Below are positions 29,072 through 39,097 of a stretch of 64,000 nucleotides of DNA, in pieces (position 1 is the first letter of the stretch; each line of letters begins with the position of its first letter). The notes beneath the pieces were generated by a model. It saw only the letters and a list, made by a program, of their open reading frames with translations, did not search any database and had not been told where the DNA came from. Origin of the DNA: Pirellulales bacterium (GTDB lineage Bacteria; Planctomycetota; Planctomycetia; Pirellulales; PALSA-1355); contig CAVTBU010000001.1 in NCBI GenBank assembly GCA_963733035.1, positions 1 through 64,000 of the forward strand. Direction: 5' to 3'. The translations under genes and the position numbers were made by a program.

Positions 29072-31339
29072 TCAGAGATCGCTCTTGGTGGCCATCGCGG
29101 CCCACAACCTGGGCGGCGACATGGGCAACTCCGTCATCCGCACGCCGGTGGCGGCGAAGATCGCATTGGCGACGGCCGCCGGCGGGGCGATGATCGGCGT
29201 TTCGCCCACTCCCCGCACTCCGTAGGGATGATCGGGATTGGGCACTTCGACAATGATCGTTTCGATGTTTGGCACGTCGAGCGTCGTCGGCATGCGGTAA
29301 TCGAGATAGCTCGCATTTTGCATGTGCCCTTGGCCATCGAACACATACTCTTCGTTCAAGGCCCAACCGATGCCCTGCACGGCGCCGCCTTGCATCTGGC
29401 CTTCGACATAGCTGGGGTGGATTGCTTTGCCGGCATCCTGAATGGCCGTGTAGCGCAGGATGGTCACCTTGGCCGTATCCGGATCGACTTCCACGTCGAC
29501 AATGTGCGTGCCAAAGCCGTTGGTGGGTCCCTCGGGATTGACCGTCGCCCGGCCGACGACCGGTCCGCCGGTATGGCCTAGTTGACCGGCCAATTGAGCG
29601 AAGGTCATCGACTTGTCGTTGTGCCGAAAAACCCCGTCCTCGCACTCGACCAGCGAGGCGTCGCACTCCCAGAGAATTGCTGCCCGCTCGCGCATTTGCC
29701 GCAGGATGTCGAGCCCTACCTCATAAGCCGCCAGCCCGGTGGCAAATGTAACGCGGCTTCCGCCGGTCACGTCGGTGTAGCCGACGCTATCGGTATCTCC
29801 CACGTGCGGCTGCACGGCCTCGGCCGTAATGCCCAGGGTCTCGGCCAACTGCATCGCGACACTGGTGCGCGTGCCGCCAATGTCGGTCGAACCTTCGATC
29901 AAGCTCACGGTGCCGTCCGAGTTGACGTTGGCCGCCGCGCTGCTCTTGAGCCCGATGTTAAACCAATAACCGCTGGCGATGCCGCGGCCGCAATGCTTGC
30001 CCGTGAGTTTTGATTTCCAATGCGGGCTGTGCTTGGCGGCTTCCAGAGTCTCGACCAGGCCAACGCGGGGGTACACAGGACCATCGACGCGTCGCGTCCC
30101 TTCCTTGGCGGCATTGCGGAGGCGAAACTCGATCGGATCGAGACCGAGCTTGCGGGCCAATTCATCGATGACCGACTCGCAAGCGAACGCGGCCTGCGTG
30201 GCACCGGGGGCCCGGTAGGCTTGCGTTTTGGGCTTGTTGTCGAGCACGTCGTAGCCGTCGACGCGGGCATGCGGCAAATCGTAACAACTAAACACGCACA
30301 TCGCCCCCGGCCCAATCACGCCGCCGGGGAACGCACCTGCGTCGTAAGCCAACCAGGCTTCGCCAGCCACGAGCTTGCCGTCCTTCGTTGCGCCGAGCTT
30401 AACCCGCATGAACGATCCCGGCGTGGGACCCGTGCCTTCGAACACTTCGTCGCGATTCATCACCATCTTCACGGGTCGACCGCACTTGCGGCTAAGCATT
30501 GCCGCCACGGGTTCGAGATAGACGGAAATCTTTCCGCCGAAGCCTCCGCCGATTTCGCAGGGCACGACCGTTACTTGAGAAACGGGAATCTGCAGCAATT
30601 CGGCCGTCTGTTGCCGGGCCGTGAATGAACCTTGGGTTGCTGTCCAGATCGTCACGTGGCCGTCCTGATTCCACAGCGCGGTCGAAACATGCGGTTCGAT
30701 GTAGCCCTGGTGCACGCTCGCCGTCTTGAACTCGCGCTCGATGACGACGTCGGCGGACTTAAAACCGTCTTCCACGTTTCCCTTTTCAAACCGCAGGTGG
30801 GTCGAGACGTTGCTGGGCTTCTCGGACTTTTTTCCCATGCTCTTGGTGTGGACATCGTCGTGCAGGAGCGGCGCGTCGTCTTTCATCGCGTCGAGCACCC
30901 ACGTGACCGACGGCAACTCTTCATATTCGACCTTGATCCGTTTAACTGCCGCCTCGGCGATGTTGCCACTCGTGGCTGCCACGGCCGCGACGGCATGTCC
31001 CTTGTACAGCACCTTGCCGTGTGCCAGCACGTTGGCACCCAAGTGCGCCAGGTTGACCGAGCCTTCTCCCAGGTCGGCAATCTTGTCCTTCAGGTCCGGC
31101 ATGTCCTTCGCGGTCACCACGGCCAGCACGCCGGGAAACGTCTCAGCTTCCGAGGTATCGATCGACTTGATGCGTGCGTGAGCGTGCGGACTGCGCAAGA
31201 TTTTGCCGTGCACCGTTCCTGACAGGCGCATGTCGGCCCCATAGATCGCTCGGCCGGTGACCTTGTCGGCGCCGTCGTGCCGCACGGGGCGCGTGCCGAT
31301 TACTTTGTACTGCTTCTTGCCCGCTTTCGACGACGTCAT
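29072..31339 (-). CDS. Xanthine dehydrogenase family molybdopterin-binding subunit
   Basis: DKVTGRAIYGAD, SPHAHARI, GGGFGGK, AYRAPG, VEGQMQGG, RGVGE. Confidence 0.95.
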   Translation of the reverse strand: MTSSKAGKKQYKVIGTRPVRHDGADKVTGRAIYGADMRLSGTVHGKILRSPHAHARIKSIDTSEAETFPGVLAVVTAKDMPDLKDKIADLGEGSVNLAHLGANVLAHGKVLYKGHAVAAVAATSGNIAEAAVKRIKVEYEELPSVTWVLDAMKDDAPLLHDDVHTKSMGKKSEKPSNVSTHLRFEKGNVEDGFKSADVVIEREFKTASVHQGYIEPHVSTALWNQDGHVTIWTATQGSFTARQQTAELLQIPVSQVTVVPCEIGGGFGGKISVYLEPVAAMLSRKCGRPVKMVMNRDEVFEGTGPTPGSFMRVKLGATKDGKLVAGEAWLAYDAGAFPGGVIGPGAMCVFSCYDLPHARVDGYDVLDNKPKTQAYRAPGATQAAFACESVIDELARKLGLDPIEFRLRNAAKEGTRRVDGPVYPRVGLVETLEAAKHSPHWKSKLTGKHCGRGIASGYWFNIGLKSSAAANVNSDGTVSLIEGSTDIGGTRTSVAMQLAETLGITAEAVQPHVGDTDSVGYTDVTGGSRVTFATGLAAYEVGLDILRQMRERAAILWECDASLVECEDGVFRHNDKSMTFAQLAGQLGHTGGPVVGRATVNPEGPTNGFGTHIVDVEVDPDTAKVTILRYTAIQDAGKAIHPSYVEGQMQGGAVQGIGWALNEEYVFDGQGHMQNASYLDYRMPTTLDVPNIETIIVEVPNPDHPYGVRGVGETPIIAPPAAVANAIFAATGVRMTELPMSPPRLWAAMATKSDL

Positions 31340-31373
31340 GGCCTACGCTCCTGCAAATTGAAATCAATTGGTG

Positions 31374-31862
31374 CTAGTTCCCTGCCTCGGCCGACATCCG
31401 GGCCGCCGAATCCTTCACGGCCCTGACGATCTTGTCGTAGCCCGTGCAGCGGCACAGGTTTCCCGCCAGCTGGAAACGAATCTCGTTCTCGGTAGGGCTT
31501 GGGTTGCGGTCGAGCAGCGCCTTGGTCGACATGATGAAACCGGGCGTGCAAATACCGCATTGCAGCGCGGCGTCTTCCAAGAAGCATTGCTGGATCGGGT
31601 GCAGACGCGCGTCTTCGGCAAGCCCTTCGATCGTGGTGATTTCGGCTCCGTCGACTTCCACGGCCAGCACCAGGCAGCTATCCACTGGCTGACCGTCGAG
31701 CATGACGGTGCACGCGCCGCAGTTGCCGTTGTTGCATCCTTCCTTGGTTCCGGTCAACCCGAGCGTATCGCGCAAAACTTCGAGCAGACTCTGCCGCGCC
31801 TCGCACAAGAATTCGACCGTTTCGCCGTTGATCGTTGTTGCGACGTGTGTTTTGCGAACCAC
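31374..31862 (-). CDS. Xanthine dehydrogenase family [2Fe-2S] subunit
   Basis: GCNNGNCGACTV, QCGICTPG, GNLCRCTGY. Confidence 0.95.
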   Translation of the reverse strand: MVRKTHVATTINGETVEFLCEARQSLLEVLRDTLGLTGTKEGCNNGNCGACTVMLDGQPVDSCLVLAVEVDGAEITTIEGLAEDARLHPIQQCFLEDAALQCGICTPGFIMSTKALLDRNPSPTENEIRFQLAGNLCRCTGYDKIVRAVKDSAARMSAEAGN

Positions 31863-31921
31863 GTGAGATCCTTTGCTAAGGGAAACGGTGAAATGTCAGT
31901 TAAATCGCGGCCGAACCGCAA

Positions 31922-32812
31922 CTAGTGACCCGCGGTTTTGTGGCCCTGGGCTCGATCCAAGGCAAGGGCCAGCGTGCGCTCGGTGAGCACACCGGCCAGA
32001 TGCTTACGGTACTCGGTGGTGCCGCGTTTGTCGCTGATCGGTCGGGCTGCGTCGCGGGCCATCGCGCCAGCCTGGGCAAAGCTTTCGTGAGTTGCCCCCT
32101 TACCGGCCAGCCAGGCCGACGCTTCGGCCAGGAACAGTGGCGTGGGAGCCACCGCCGCCAATGAGATGCGGGCCGCCTGGATGTTCTTGCCAGACGAATC
32201 AAGTTGCAGCCAACTCGCCGCGCCCACCACGGCAATGTCCATTTCGTTGCGCGGAATGAACCGCTGGTAGGCAGACGAGCTGCCTTTGGCGACGGGTGGA
32301 AATTCGAGCGCCGTCAGGATTTCGCCCCGCTCGAGGACGTTGCGTCCAGGCGCCGTGCAAAACTCCGCGGCCTTAACCGTGCGGCGCCCTTCGGGTCCGG
32401 CCAGATGGCATATCACGTCGTAAGCGATCAGCGATGGGATCGAATCCGCCGCGGGTGACGAATTGCATAGATTGCCGCCGACGCTCGCCCGACTCTGGAT
32501 CTGCCAGCCGCCAATGATTCGAGCCGCGTCGATCAGAGCCGGGTAAGCCTCGGCCAACGTGTGGTCGCCGTAGATCCGATAGCAGGGAACCGCCGCGCCC
32601 AGCCGCAATCCCTTCGCCGGACTGTAGCTGACTTCCATCAACTCAGGAATCTTCTTGACGTCAACAACCAGGTCGGCCTCACGCAGTCCCTCGCGGAGCT
32701 GCACGATCAGATCGGTACCGCCCGTAAGCACCTTGGCTCGATCGCCTTTGGCCGATAGCAGGCTGACGGCCTCATCGACAGTCGTAGCCGTCTGAAATTC
32801 AAAATCGTTCAC
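31922..32812 (-). CDS. Xanthine dehydrogenase family FAD-binding subunit
   Basis: GGTDL, QIQSRASVGGNLCNSSPAAD, PISDKRGT.EYR; GTG start at 32812 preferred. Confidence 0.93.
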   Translation of the reverse strand: MNDFEFQTATTVDEAVSLLSAKGDRAKVLTGGTDLIVQLREGLREADLVVDVKKIPELMEVSYSPAKGLRLGAAVPCYRIYGDHTLAEAYPALIDAARIIGGWQIQSRASVGGNLCNSSPAADSIPSLIAYDVICHLAGPEGRRTVKAAEFCTAPGRNVLERGEILTALEFPPVAKGSSSAYQRFIPRNEMDIAVVGAASWLQLDSSGKNIQAARISLAAVAPTPLFLAEASAWLAGKGATHESFAQAGAMARDAARPISDKRGTTEYRKHLAGVLTERTLALALDRAQGHKTAGH

Positions 32813-32927
32813 GAAACAATCCCCGCCAGGGCCCCAGGTCGGAACAGGCAATAGCAATCAATATGTGGCCCGGCGCGTGCGACTGTCAAGCGCGGGCGGA
32901 AAGTGCAAAGGCCTGCGAGCTGCGGCC

Positions 32928-35900
32928 TCACTTGCCTGCTTCAGCCAATGGGCTGGGACGGCGCACGTGAATCGTCACCGGTGGCGAGCATTGGCCGCCG
33001 GCCTGCTGTTCGACGGCGAAGCACAAGCGGGTCGTCTCCGGCACCCAGGCGTCGGCCGTGAGAAAGATTTGGCGTTCGTTCTCGCCCTTGGGCATTAGCA
33101 CCCCGCTCAGGCCGATGTTGTCGACGATCACTCCGTGCGGCAAGTTCTGCACCTCAAACTTGATCAGGTCGTCATATCCGTTGCGCTCCACGCGCAGGGT
33201 AGCCGTGATCGACGTGCCGGGCGCGATCACCAGTTCGGCCGGCTCGAGCCGCACCATGAGCTTCGGCTTGGCCTCGAGTTTGAGGCCCGCAAAGGCCTGC
33301 ACCGGCTTGACGACCTCGGTCCCGGCGATTTTCGCCTTGGCCTCGACCTGGATCTGTTTGAGCTGCTCGGTCGTGGGCTGCTTCGCATCGGCTTCGGCAA
33401 ACAGCACACCCTGCGCCTCGCGGTGGCCTGCTTGAATGACGATCGGCGAAGAAACGCGAAATCCTGCCGGCAGATTCGTGATGGTGACTTCCACCTCATC
33501 GTTAAAGCCGTCGATCCGATCGACCACGACGGCGAACTCGTCGCCGCTGTCTGCGCCCGGCCGGTCTCCGCCTCGCAACGTGACGTTGAAGTCAGGGCGC
33601 GGCTCGCGAATGGTCAGGCGATAACCAAATCGCACGCCGCCGTCACCGCGGGCGTCGCGCACTCGCACGAGGTAAGTGCCATCGGCCGGCGCGGTGAACG
33701 CTAACCGCGAGTCGCTTCCCAATCGGCGGTCGGCGTCGTCGTCATTCGCATAGTAGACCGGAAACACCGGTAGTCCCGTCGAAATCAGCTTCGCGCCCGG
33801 TGCGTGAGGCTCCACGATAAAGCACGGTTCGTCAACGGCGTGCACCGTGGCACTCGTATCGAAGTACAACAGCCGCTTGCCACCGTCTCCTTCGTAGAAC
33901 ATGAATCCGGAGTCAGGGCCGCGCAGAGCGCGAAACAGCTTGACGACCTCGCCGTTCAGATACAGCCACTGATTGAGCTGCATCTCCTCCCAGTTCGTCA
34001 GCCGGCAGTCACGCGTATTTCCGTCGATGCCGCGGAACGTCACCGTCGAATCGCGCACGGCCTGCAACAACACCCGCTCGATTTGTCGCCCCTCGGCATC
34101 GAGCACTTCGATCACGGTATCCACCGGCGAGCCGCGGCGGGCCGCATCGGTTTCCAAAATCCAAGTTTTGCCGGCTTTGCTCTCGAAGCGATAGTAATCG
34201 TCGTCCGGAGATTCGCCCTTCGAAAAAACGCGGCCGTTCGCAGTGATCGGAACCGCTACCGCTGTCGCACTGGCCGGTGCGTCGTTCGGCTCGGTTTCCA
34301 ATATCTCGGGCAACGTGCCGACGACGACCTTGAGCGGCTGGCGCAGTCGAAAACGCTCGCGATCGAGCGGAACCTCGACGTCGCCTTGCGCCGCGGCCGG
34401 CACCTGCACTTTCCAGTTCGAAACGTTGAACCCACTGACGGTGACTTCCGTCTCCTTGTTCGCCGGAACACTCAGCGGGAACACGGCGGTCGGCACGGCC
34501 AACTCGCCGACCGTCAGGCGATAAAAGTGTTCGCCGCCACCATCGAGCATCAGGTCGCTCACTTCGACCACGTACTTGCCGTCGGCCGGAACCTTGAACG
34601 AGAGGAGCGGGTCGCTGGAACCGCCAAAGTCGTTGTTGTCGGCCAGCACGCGCCCCGTCGCGTCGGAAAGGGTCACGACGATGTTCGCCTTGGAACCAAT
34701 CGGAGAGGCCGTAACGTCGAGCACGAGGTTCTGGCCAGCTTGGGCATCGAATGCAAAGCGATCAATGTCCCCTTTGGCTGCCAGCACGCCCCAGACGCCG
34801 GACTCCAGCGGCATCGCGTTCGCATTGGCCAACAAATCGTTCGGTTCAGTCTCGATCGCCTGGGGCAGTTCGTCCAGATAAATGCGATGTTTCTGACTCT
34901 CGCCGGCGGGCGAGACCACCCACAGCTCATAACGACCGCGCGGCAAGTCCACCGCCGGCGTAACGTCGACCTGCAGCTGCGTCTCCGTTTTGTCGCCCAC
35001 CAGGACGGTAGCAATCTTGTCGTGGCTTGCCTTGATCGACGTGGCGTCGGCGAAGTGTTTGCCCGCGAGCGTCAGCCGCGTGGTCGTGCCTTTCTGAATT
35101 CCGCGGACGCCAAGCGATGCGAGTTCCGGCTTTGGTGGCGGCGGAGGGGGCACCAGGTCTCCACTGGCCACGTCGTAGAATGCCAGGCTGCCGTCGAGCC
35201 GGCCCACGGCGATGCGCTTGCCGTCAGGACTGATCGCCAGCGCCGGCGCCCAGTCGCTTTGCGGTTCGAGCGCCAACCGCTCGTGCATCGTCTCGGCATC
35301 CCATATTTTTACGGTCCGGTCCTCACCAGCCGAGACGATCGTCTTGCCGTCGGACGAGTAAACCAGATTCACCACCGCCCCCTCGTGCGCAAATCGAGCG
35401 TAGACAAGTGGGCTCGTGTTCTCCTTACCGGTTTCGCTTACCTGCCATACACGAATGCGATTGTCGGCGCCGCCAGCGGCCACGCGTTTGCCGTCTGGGC
35501 CGAACGCCAGGCAGTATTGTTCCTTGGTTGGCTGGCTAAGTGTGTCGAGCCGCTGGCCAGTGGCCACGTCCCACAGCTTGACCGTGCGATCGCCACTGGC
35601 ACTGGCCAGAATCTTTCCGTCGGGCCGAAAGGCCAGATCGAACACCGCATCGTTGTGTCCGGTGAGCGTACGCAATTCCTTTTCGCCGGCCACGTCCCAT
35701 AGCTTGATCGTTTGGTCGTAACTGCTCGTGGCCAGCAACTTGCCGTCGGGACTGAGAACCGCGGCATAGAGACTGTCGGCATGACCCTGGAACGTGCCGG
35801 CCGGCTGGCCATCGGCGACGTTCCATATTCGCACTTCGCCGAAGACGCCCGGCTCGCCGGCCGCGGCCAGGACGCGCGCGCCATCAGGTGAAAACTGCAC

Positions 35901-36485
35901 GGCGTTGACGCGTCCGCGATGCGGACCCAAGCGCCGCACGAGCGAACGTTCGGGAAGCGAGAGAATTTCGACTGCGTCGAACCGCGCCACGGCCAGCGAC
36001 TTGCCATCCGGCGCGAAGGCCAGCGCTGAAACCGCTTCGTGGACCGGAGCCGTCGGCTTGATCTTGGGCACCACGACGACGGTCGGGTCGGGCGTTTCGC
36101 CGAGCGGCTCCTTCGCACCGGCATTGATCCAGGCGGCCAGCTTCGCGATTTCGTCGGCCGTTGGCCTGGCGTTGTCTTCCGGCGGCATCGACGGTTCTTC
36201 CTTGCCGGTAAGAACGCCGATCAGCCGGCTTTCGTCGGCCTTGCCCGGCACGATCAGCGGCCCGCTCGGCCCTCCGGCGAACAGGTTGGCATAGCTCTCC
36301 AGCACGAGCTCGCCTTCCTTGTCCTGGGCATTGTGACAGCCGGCGCAGTATTTCTTGAACAGCGGTGCGGCGCTGCGGTTGTAGTCCTGCGTGGCAGGAA
36401 CGTCAGCCCACGCCGGCACGGTCGCCAGCGTGCAGACGATTCCGATCAGAAGTTGGCACCACTTGCACATCACACTTGTCTCCAT
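32928..36485 (-). CDS. Planctomycete cytochrome c + WD40 repeats + PPC (pre-peptidase C-terminal) domain protein
   Basis: Signal peptide, CAGCH...MPP haem motif, multiple GH...WD repeats, two ETEPND..A PPC repeats. Confidence 0.85.
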   Translation of the reverse strand: METSVMCKWCQLLIGIVCTLATVPAWADVPATQDYNRSAAPLFKKYCAGCHNAQDKEGELVLESYANLFAGGPSGPLIVPGKADESRLIGVLTGKEEPSMPPEDNARPTADEIAKLAAWINAGAKEPLGETPDPTVVVVPKIKPTAPVHEAVSALAFAPDGKSLAVARFDAVEILSLPERSLVRRLGPHRGRVNAVQFSPDGARVLAAAGEPGVFGEVRIWNVADGQPAGTFQGHADSLYAAVLSPDGKLLATSSYDQTIKLWDVAGEKELRTLTGHNDAVFDLAFRPDGKILASASGDRTVKLWDVATGQRLDTLSQPTKEQYCLAFGPDGKRVAAGGADNRIRVWQVSETGKENTSPLVYARFAHEGAVVNLVYSSDGKTIVSAGEDRTVKIWDAETMHERLALEPQSDWAPALAISPDGKRIAVGRLDGSLAFYDVASGDLVPPPPPPKPELASLGVRGIQKGTTTRLTLAGKHFADATSIKASHDKIATVLVGDKTETQLQVDVTPAVDLPRGRYELWVVSPAGESQKHRIYLDELPQAIETEPNDLLANANAMPLESGVWGVLAAKGDIDRFAFDAQAGQNLVLDVTASPIGSKANIVVTLSDATGRVLADNNDFGGSSDPLLSFKVPADGKYVVEVSDLMLDGGGEHFYRLTVGELAVPTAVFPLSVPANKETEVTVSGFNVSNWKVQVPAAAQGDVEVPLDRERFRLRQPLKVVVGTLPEILETEPNDAPASATAVAVPITANGRVFSKGESPDDDYYRFESKAGKTWILETDAARRGSPVDTVIEVLDAEGRQIERVLLQAVRDSTVTFRGIDGNTRDCRLTNWEEMQLNQWLYLNGEVVKLFRALRGPDSGFMFYEGDGGKRLLYFDTSATVHAVDEPCFIVEPHAPGAKLISTGLPVFPVYYANDDDADRRLGSDSRLAFTAPADGTYLVRVRDARGDGGVRFGYRLTIREPRPDFNVTLRGGDRPGADSGDEFAVVVDRIDGFNDEVEVTITNLPAGFRVSSPIVIQAGHREAQGVLFAEADAKQPTTEQLKQIQVEAKAKIAGTEVVKPVQAFAGLKLEAKPKLMVRLEPAELVIAPGTSITATLRVERNGYDDLIKFEVQNLPHGVIVDNIGLSGVLMPKGENERQIFLTADAWVPETTRLCFAVEQQAGGQCSPPVTIHVRRPSPLAEAGK

Positions 36486-36520
36486 CGGGCAAGCCGCTGT
36501 CGTACGGCACGCCCGTCCGC

Positions 36521-38953
36521 CTAGTGATTGAATAGGAATTCCTTGCTACTGAGGATGCTCCAGTAGAGATCCTCAACGAGAAGTCGGCGCTCAACGTCGG
36601 GCTCGCTGAGTGCCGCTGCGAGCCGCGCCTGCTCGGACTCAGTCGGGTATCGCGACAACGCCGCCAGGTAGGCTTCCTCGATGATCTCCTCGTTTGAGCG
36701 TCCGGCGGCCAATTGCTTTTCCAGCCGATTACCTTTGTCTTCCAGTTTCTGGTTGACCGTGTCACCGTTCGAGATGTGCAGAACTTGCACCATGCTGGGC
36801 TGGGCCGTGCGTTCGCATTCGCAGGTAATCTCGCGCAGCGGCCGTCCAAACGACTTCAGGAAGTAGGAATTGACGTTGACGTCGGGCAGTTGAATGGCCC
36901 GCGTTCCACCCGCATAACCTGGAAACTTCGTCTCCGCACCGCTCACCTGCGAGAGGGCGTCGAGCAGCACTTCGGCCATGAGTCGGCGGGGATAGTAGCG
37001 CGAGTAAAATCGCTCGTCCTGCATGTTTCCCGGCAGCGGCTGGCTACTGCGGGCGTAGGTGGCGCTAGTCAAGATCGCCCGCATCAGGGCTTTCACGTCA
37101 TAACCGCCTTCGACCAGATAATCGGACGCGGCGGAAAAGAGTTCCGCGTTGCTGGGCGGGTTAGTCAGCCGCAAGTCGTCAACGTTCTCGACCAGCCCGA
37201 CGCCAAAGAAGTTTGCCCACACGCGATTGGTGATCGCCCGGCTGAAGTACGGGTTGTCTGGCGAGGTGAGCCAATCGGCCAGATGTTCACGGCGATCGGC
37301 TTCGGCATCGAACGGCACGGCCTCGCCGTCGAGCGGCCTTGGCGGTTGCGGTTTGCCAGTCCGCGGCTGGATCCACTCGCCGCTCGTCACCGGATAAACG
37401 ACCCGATTGCCCGCGCCGCTGGCTTCCTTCGAACGAACGCGGGCGAACAGGTTCGCCATTCCGTAGTACTGGTCGTTAGTCCATTTTTCGAGCGGGTGGT
37501 TGTGGCACTTGGCGCAATTGATCGACATGCCCAGAAAGGCAACTGAAACGGTCTCCGCCAGATCGGGCGGATCCTGATGCAACACAAAAAAATTCGCGGC
37601 GCCGTTTTCCAGCGTGCTGCCGGTGGCCGTCACCAATTCTCGGGCAAACCGATCCCAGGGCGTATTTGCGGCGACGTTGTTGCGAATCCAGTGATAGTAG
37701 GCCCACATTGCCGCCGGTTGCAGCTTCTCGCTATTGACCAGCAGCAGGTCGCTCCACTTGTAGGCCCAGTAGTCAACGAACTCCGGCCGCGCGAACAACT
37801 CATCGATCAGTCTGTCACGTTTGTCGGATGAGTCGTCGGCCAAGAACTTCCGCGTCTCGTCCACCGTCGGCAACACGCCGATTGTATCAACGTAGGCTCG
37901 CCGCAAAAACTCGCCATCGCTGGCCGGTGGAGAAGGGGGGAGGTTCAGGTTCTTTAGCTTCTGGAGCACCAGTTCGTCGATGAAATTGCGCCGCGGAGCC
38001 TTGGCGAATAAATCCGGGTCGACGTCCTGCTGATACGGCACGCTGACCGTGCCGACCACATTCCAACTCAGATACCAGGCCCTAATTGCCGCTTCGCCTT
38101 GCCCGATGACCTGCACCCGTCCGGCATCGTCGACCGTGGCGACCGACTCATTGGTGGAGGTAAATTTGGCCCACCGTGTCACGTCTTCGGTATGTCCGTC
38201 ACTGAATTCGGCGCGCACGATCAGCGGCTGATTGGTTCCCGACGACAGGACCGAGGCCTCGGGCAGCAGTTCCAGGCGCGTCAGGCGAGGATCATCGTCG
38301 CGCGGCTCCGGCGCGCCGGCGGCCAGCCACTCCACAATGACCCGGTATTCGGGCGAGTCGACTTCGAACCGCACGCCGCCTTTGTGCGGGACCGCGCCGG
38401 TCGGCTTTTCGAGAACCAGGCTGCGGCCGGGGTCGCTCAGCACGACACGGCGCGCGCGGGCCTGGCGGGTAATGTAAAAGTAGTCGGCCACCGGATCGAA
38501 CGCCCCGAGCGTGAGTTTGAATCCCTTTTTTCCGGCCAGCGCCCCATGGCACGCGCCTCCGTTGCAGCCGGATTTCGAGAGCACCGATTCGACATGGTTG
38601 CGGAAGTTCCAGACGAAGGGTTCGGACATGCCGGCGACAGTGGCTTCGAGCGACGCGCTTCGCTCGCCCACCGTGGCCGTGATCGTGGCCGCGCCGTCGG
38701 CTACCGGCAGCGCCACGCCGTCTTCAATGCGCACCACGGCCGGGTCACTGGAGATGAACGTCACATCGTTCGTTACAGGTCCCGTGGCATTCCTTCCGTC
38801 AAAGCTCTCGAGCACCAGCGATTGCCGCGCTGCCGAACCGGTGAGGGTGAAATCGCCTGGCAGCAATTGCAATTCCTCTGCCACGGCGCCGGTCATGGTG
38901 AAAACGATTGCCCATCCGGTGAATAGAACCGGCGGTAAGCATGATCGTCGCAT
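36521..38953 (-). CDS. DUF1549/DUF1553 (PSCyt2/PSD1) protein with Ig-like domains
   Basis: GCNGGACHG, NFIDELV, FLRRAY.DTIG.LPT, CAKCHNHP, NPYFSRAITNRVW, TCECER, EFLFNH. Confidence 0.9.
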   Translation of the reverse strand: MRRSCLPPVLFTGWAIVFTMTGAVAEELQLLPGDFTLTGSAARQSLVLESFDGRNATGPVTNDVTFISSDPAVVRIEDGVALPVADGAATITATVGERSASLEATVAGMSEPFVWNFRNHVESVLSKSGCNGGACHGALAGKKGFKLTLGAFDPVADYFYITRQARARRVVLSDPGRSLVLEKPTGAVPHKGGVRFEVDSPEYRVIVEWLAAGAPEPRDDDPRLTRLELLPEASVLSSGTNQPLIVRAEFSDGHTEDVTRWAKFTSTNESVATVDDAGRVQVIGQGEAAIRAWYLSWNVVGTVSVPYQQDVDPDLFAKAPRRNFIDELVLQKLKNLNLPPSPPASDGEFLRRAYVDTIGVLPTVDETRKFLADDSSDKRDRLIDELFARPEFVDYWAYKWSDLLLVNSEKLQPAAMWAYYHWIRNNVAANTPWDRFARELVTATGSTLENGAANFFVLHQDPPDLAETVSVAFLGMSINCAKCHNHPLEKWTNDQYYGMANLFARVRSKEASGAGNRVVYPVTSGEWIQPRTGKPQPPRPLDGEAVPFDAEADRREHLADWLTSPDNPYFSRAITNRVWANFFGVGLVENVDDLRLTNPPSNAELFSAASDYLVEGGYDVKALMRAILTSATYARSSQPLPGNMQDERFYSRYYPRRLMAEVLLDALSQVSGAETKFPGYAGGTRAIQLPDVNVNSYFLKSFGRPLREITCECERTAQPSMVQVLHISNGDTVNQKLEDKGNRLEKQLAAGRSNEEIIEEAYLAALSRYPTESEQARLAAALSEPDVERRLLVEDLYWSILSSKEFLFNH

Positions 38954-39097
38954 GGTTCGCCCTTTGTTCGTCTGCGCCGCGAGCTTCGTGATGAAAGCTC
39001 CGCCTTACTAGTCCGTCGCCGGCGAGGAAACGTCGCTTCCGGCCGTCGCGCTGGCGCGTGTGGCTGGTGGGGACACCTTGCGGTGCCGTTTGCCAGG

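Noticed and set aside
29072..31339. Aerobic CO dehydrogenase CoxL
   Set aside because: It lacks the AYxCSFR active-site loop, and there are no cox accessory genes.
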